NCBI GenBank assembly: GCA_044892525.1
Contig: CM097885.1
Span: 234,362,001 to 234,426,000, forward strand
Source of the DNA: Schmidtea polychroa
Taxonomy: Eukaryota
Direction: 5' to 3'
Length of the DNA: 64,000 bases
Both the position numbers and the translations under genes were made by a program. This document shows positions 58,688 to 64,000 of the stretch, one piece after another (the stretch's first letter is position 1; each line of letters opens with the position of its first letter). The notes beneath the pieces were generated by a model, which was not told the DNA's origin, made no database searches, and saw only the letters and a program-made list of their open reading frames with translations.

Positions 58688-61600
58688 AGTGAATAATTTT
58701 TTATTCTCTATCTAATATTAATGATTATTTTCTTTTAGTGAACGGATGCAGTTTATATAAATTTTGTATTGCCGAAAGTCATGAAGATGTGGAGAACTGT
58801 AAATCAGTTACATCATCATATTTCAAGATAAATGACTCTACCTTATCGGGTTACATATGTCCGGAATGTCTCATTATATCACCAGGTAGGTGGTTAATGT
58901 TTGTACGACAACACGGACACCATCTTAGAAGATTCGAAGAAACGAAGAGCAGGATGATCACTAAAAGTAATACTCTTTCTACTATTAACAATTATTAATT
59001 TTTTATAGTACAACCGAAAATGAATACATCATACGATCCTAAGCAGATTAAAGAATATGTTACAAGTTATGTTATTTAAGTTGTTTAATATTAATTATAA
59101 ATATAGTTAGACAAAACTCTGGCACCACAAAACGAAAGTCAATATTTTACGGAAATGGAGACTCTAACATACAATTGTGTCCACGTCGGGAGTCTGACTT
59201 AAATGGTTCTCGTGTTGAATTGACAAGCGATGTATCTGCAATTAATTCTCCTGACATTGTTGTTCCAGATTGTCTCATCAGAGAAATAGAAGATCATATT
59301 CAACGAATGGGTACAGTAAAAATCCAATTTGGACTTTGTGCAGAGTTTATCAAAGAGGATGGTGAAATTAAAAAATGGTGTTTGTCGAATAAAGCAATTA
59401 CAATGTCATCTTCATTTATTAATGATGGAATTGAAAAATTAAAAGAAAAGTTGGAGAAATACACTCAACAAAGTAGTGGGTGGAGAATTCATAAAATATT
59501 AGAAGTTACTATGATTTTAACTAAATTATCAGACATAATACATGTATCTGGTAAGTTTATTTACATTATTATATATATAAATCAAGATATTTACTTAGGT
59601 TCAAGTTACATTAAAGCGCCAAATTACCTGAAAAACTGCCAGGCTTTAGTTAATGTTCAAAATAATGATCAATTCTGCTTTTTATATAGCATACTGGCCG
59701 TATTACATTATGATGACATAAAACACCACAGAGAAAGAGTAATGAAATATAATTTAAGTGGTAATATATATTTATATCATTCTAAAAATATATATATTTA
59801 GAGTTAAAATGGAAATCAGATTGGTTTCCAATGAAGTTGGTTAACATTTGCCAATTTGAGGCAATGAATCCTAATCTAGCGATCAATGTTCTCAAATATA
59901 ATAAAGATCCAATTAAACAAAAAACTAATGATATTTTCAAGAATCCGTTCGTTGACTTGGTATATAGAAGTACTTCGACGGGATGTCAATTATATCTCTT
60001 ATTGATTGAAGAAGGTAATATTTCTTTTAATCATTAAAAATATTAACTAAATTTTAGAATTAAATTATCATTTTTTGGCTGTAACTAATCTCGATCGACT
60101 GCTCAATTACAGAGATAGAGTAGAAGGAGTCAGAATCCAATCACATTGGTGTCATACGTGTCTTCATGGGTTTCAAAAACGTCCTGCTTTTGAAAGACAT
60201 ATAGGTCTTTGTAGGAAGAATGTGGAGCGGACGACTCTATACTCAATGCCAGAGAATAAATATATCGAATTTAAAGACTGGAGTAAAACTATAAAACAGC
60301 AGTTTGTTGTCTACGCGGACTTTGAATCAATATTACCTCTAGATGACAAGCACTTCCAAAAACATGAGCCGATTGCATCTGAATTTGTGCTTCTTCATCA
60401 AGGTTGTCCGATTCGAAATGAAACATTTGTTGGGAAAAACTGTATCATTCAGTTTATACAAGCATTGGATGATATAGCTACAGACATAGTTTATCCGTGG
60501 TATAAAATTAATGGATCGAAGGAAATGATGGAACTCACTTGGGAACAGCAGGAAGAATTTACGAATCAAACTCATTGCTACCTTTGTAAAAAGATTATCA
60601 ATATACCTGTTCGGGATCATGATCATTTTACCGGTCAATATCTCGGAGCAGCGTGTCAAGATTGTAATTTGGCTAGAAGAATCAATCCGTCTTTACCTGT
60701 TGTATTTCATAATCTTCGTGGATATGACATTCATCATATATTAAAATATGCAATTGGAAAATTCCCCGATTGGAATTTAATTGTTATTCCTCAATCAACA
60801 GAAAAGTTTCTCACACTTACAGCGACATCGAAAGGCAGAAGAATTAGATTCATTGATTCTTTACAATTTTTAAATAGCAGCTTGGCAAATTTATCAAAAA
60901 ACTTGCCACGTCTTCCACTTACTTCAAAGATTTTCAATTCGCATTTAATAACTGGTAAAGGCATATTTCCTTATGATATGGCTACATCAATGGATGTTTT
61001 ACAGTCAATAACAGAATTACCACCGATTTGGGAGGGAGTTAGTCAAGAAGATTATATACATGCAAATCGAATCTGGCGACAATACAACTGTGAGACACTG
61101 CTAGATTACATGCTAGTATATCTCAAGTTGGATGTTTTTCTGTTGGCCGATGTTTTTGAAGCTTTCAGAGAAAAAACATTTGACGAAGATGGACTTGAGG
61201 CTCTATCGTTTGTTTCCATACCCGGATTAAGTTGGGCATCAGCTATTAAACAGTTACCTGAACCAGTAGAACTTATTCAAGATCCAGAGCTTTACCGTTT
61301 ATTTGAAGCTGGTATTCGTGGTGGAATGACATTTATCAACAAACATCATGTTGAAGCTGATGAATCAACACAAATGTCATACCTAGATGTTAATAATTTA
61401 TATGGATGGGCGCTGTCGCAAAAACTTCCTATTGGTGAATTTAGATGGATAAATGATCAGACTGAAATGAATGGTATTGTTGAAAGATGTGCAAATGGGG
61501 ATAAGTTTGATGGAGATCTTGGATATGTTCTAGAGGTTGACATCGTCATTCCTGATAGTATACAAGATAAACTAGATGATTTACCTATAGCTCCTGAGCT

Positions 61601-62663
61601 TTGTTATCCACCTGGTAGTAAAGTTGAAAAGCTGTTGTTAACTCATGAGCCTAAGAAAAACTATGTAGTTAATGGTAGAGTTTTGACAGAGTGGTTGAGT
61701 TACGGCGCAAAAGTCACAAAAGTTAATCGTGCTGTAGAATTCAAGCAAGTGGCTATTTTCAAAGGCTATATTGATTACAATACCAAAATGAGAGCAGCTA
61801 GTACAGATTCGTTTCAGCGAGATTATTATAAGTTAAAGAACAACAGTTTATACGGTAAAACTGTGGAAAACTTGAAGAAACGTATAAATTTGAGATTATG
61901 CAGCAAAAGCAAAAGATTGATAACTTATTGTAGTAATCCTATGTTTCGTCGTAGCATCAAGATTGCGGATGATCTCATTGCTGTTATACTCAATAAGGAA
62001 ATTGTGTGTTTAGATAGACCAATGTATATTGGACAAACCGTACTTGATTTATCCAAACTTCGCATGTACCAGTTTCAATATAAAGAACTACAGAGTTATA
62101 GAGAAGAATTCAATTGTCAAATTAATATCGTAGCCGGTGACACAGATTCCTTCTTTTTAGAGTGTAAAAATGTAGATTTACGCTTACAACTATATCCAAA
62201 AATGATTGCCGATGGGCTCCTAGATACTTCAAATTATCCAGTGACTGATCCATTGTTCTCAGATAAAATTTGTTCGGTAATCGGGAAATTCAAGGATGAG
62301 AATAAAGGAAATCAATATAAAGAATGGGTGTTTCTTCGACCCAAGTGCTACTCACTCCAAGGCGATAAAAACACTCTAAAAGCCAAAGGAATAAGACTTA
62401 CAAACTCTAATCTTACACATGAAGCCTATAAAAAAGTGTATACTGATGGTGGAACAGTGAGCATCCCACAAAAAAGAATAGGAAGTGTCAATCATCAGTT
62501 GTATACTTTCATGACAGAAAAACGAGCTCTCCAATGTTTGGACGATAAAAGGTATTGGTACAATTGTAATGAAAGTTATGCCTACGGTCACTATAAGATT
62601 CGCCAAATGCATATTGCAACTGCTATGTCTAGAAATGAATGCAAATCGAAACAAGCACTTTAA
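58688..62663 (+). CDS. polB: Protein-primed family B DNA polymerase, spliced, right-arm copy. Exons 58688, 58739-58966, 59009-59065, 59107-59550, 59599-59760, 59802-60014, 60058-62663; ~1236 aa (first intron and start least certain)
   Basis: Exonuclease motifs YADFES, FHNLRGYD and YLKLDV; VRDHDH...C..CN insert; KGIFPY; polymerase motifs YLDVNNLYG, KLKNNSLYGK and GDTDS. Removing the GT-AG introns restores GSSYIKAP...NVQNNDQFCFLYSILA, WFPMKL...FEAMN...INV and YHFLAVTNLDRLL, all in frame. Confidence 0.92.
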
Positions 62664-64000
62664 CAATTAAATTTATGTGAATAATAAAATATATATTGTG
62701 AATTGTTTGACTTAGTTAATTAAAATGTGTTTTATCATTTAATTATTCATTTGTCCAATTAATTTAGATAATTAGTTTCAAGTAAGAAATATTATTTTTG
62801 TGTTTATTTTATTTATTTATTTATTTTTTCCGAAATATTAATATCCAGTTTATCTAAAATTAACTCAGCGTTTTATTTTATAATAAATTAAATAATTTCT
62901 AATTAAAATTTATTCAAATTGAATAATTACTAATTAAAATTTTATTCAAATTGAAATATTATCGTTATAATTTACCTCTTGTTAGAATATAATGTAAATG
63001 TAAAATTAAAAAAAAAAAAAAAATAAAAAATAAAAAAAAAAATAAAAAATAAAAAATAAAAAAAAAAATAAAAAAATAATAATAATAAATAAAATAATAA
63101 AATAATAAAATAATACTAAAATAAAAGCATAATAAAATAATTAATTAAGAAAATTAAAAAGAAAAAAAAATAAATAGAAGTAATTAAATAAAATTAAAAA
63201 ATAAATAAATTAATTAAAAAAAAAAAAAATAAAATAAAAAAAAAAAATAATAATAATAATAATAATAATAATTAAATAGCGTAAGTAATTAAAATAAAAT
63301 ATTAATAAACTAATAAATTAATTAAATGTAATAAATTAAAATAAAACATAATAAAATAATTAATTAATAAAATTAAAATGAAAAAAAAAAAAAAAAAAAT
63401 TAAAAAGAAGTAATTAAATAAAATGTTAATTAAAAAAAAAAAATGATTCGATTGACCTATATTTGATCTGGACATTGGGATGACCTTGAAAGTGTCCTGG
63501 AGTCCTTACTATTCACTACTTATTCAGAAAATTATAATCAGCTATTTTATTGAAACAATAATTTTGAAACATGAAGTCAATTTTATTGAATTAAATTAAA
63601 TTTAATCAAATTTACATATTCAATAATATACTCAGAATTACTAAAATTTAATTTTTGTAAAACTCGTAAACTAAAAAAATGATATTTAAAAAAAATTTAA
63701 ATAAAAATAAAAACAGATATAGAAAATTAGGAATCTCAGATTAAATATTGCTAAAAGTTATAATTTTCCAGTTTATTTAAATATTAATGTAATTGAAATC
63801 GTTTGATTATACTTAAATAAAATTTGTTGATACTTACCGAGTCTCATGTAAAAATTGTAATGTGACAATATGGAATTCATCGTAAATGTATTATATATGA
63901 GAAATGTGTTTATACAAGTCTCGATAAATATAAAAATTCTATAGAAATTCTACAAAACTTACAGTATTTTTATCATTAACCTGTATTAAAAAAGATATGA

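Larger units (their letters stand above)
50187..63520. mobile_element. Palindromic Polinton/Maverick-type element (13,334 bp) encoding only two inverted pPolB genes
   Basis: Ends AGTAGT...ACTACT; 6-bp TSD TATTCA (50181-50186 and 63521-63526); empty site at 8243-8248; inverted arms 50187-56596 and 56965-63520; 368-bp spacer. Confidence 0.93.

Noticed and set aside
50187..63520. Fold-back sequencing artefact as the explanation of the palindrome
   Set aside because: The flanks are non-mirrored and collinear with a 6-bp TSD, the arms have their own SNPs, and the spacer is unique. Read-level confirmation is still needed.

Overview
Very AT-rich eukaryotic DNA made almost entirely of repeats. The tiny 41-50 nt introns fit an AT-rich invertebrate such as a planarian, which is an inference. 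From left to right: a decayed hAT transposase containing a MITE (1-2420); an internally deleted Gypsy fragment (3841-~4870); a ~9.05 kb tandem unit carrying an intronless RING-finger gene (three intact copies) and a decayed Buster/SPIN-type hAT remnant; and a satellite-rich block (14883-38125) that ends in a Polinton-like CTACT terminus. That block contains an intact Ty3/Gypsy LTR retrotransposon (18480-26131, minus strand, 748-bp LTRs, TACAG TSD) and two copies of a non-autonomous pogo-like element. There are two main findings. (1) A 13,334-bp giant palindrome (50187-63520) has Polinton/Maverick ends (AGTAGT...ACTACT) and a 6-bp TSD, and its empty site is visible at 8243-8248. Its two ~6.4-6.6 kb arms each carry one spliced protein-primed DNA polymerase B gene. 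I found no integrase, ATPase, protease or capsid gene. (2) The Gypsy ORF1 starts in a host isochorismatase-like (ISOC1/2) fragment captured inside the LTR, and a ubiquitin-like domain ending in LSGG sits directly before Gag.
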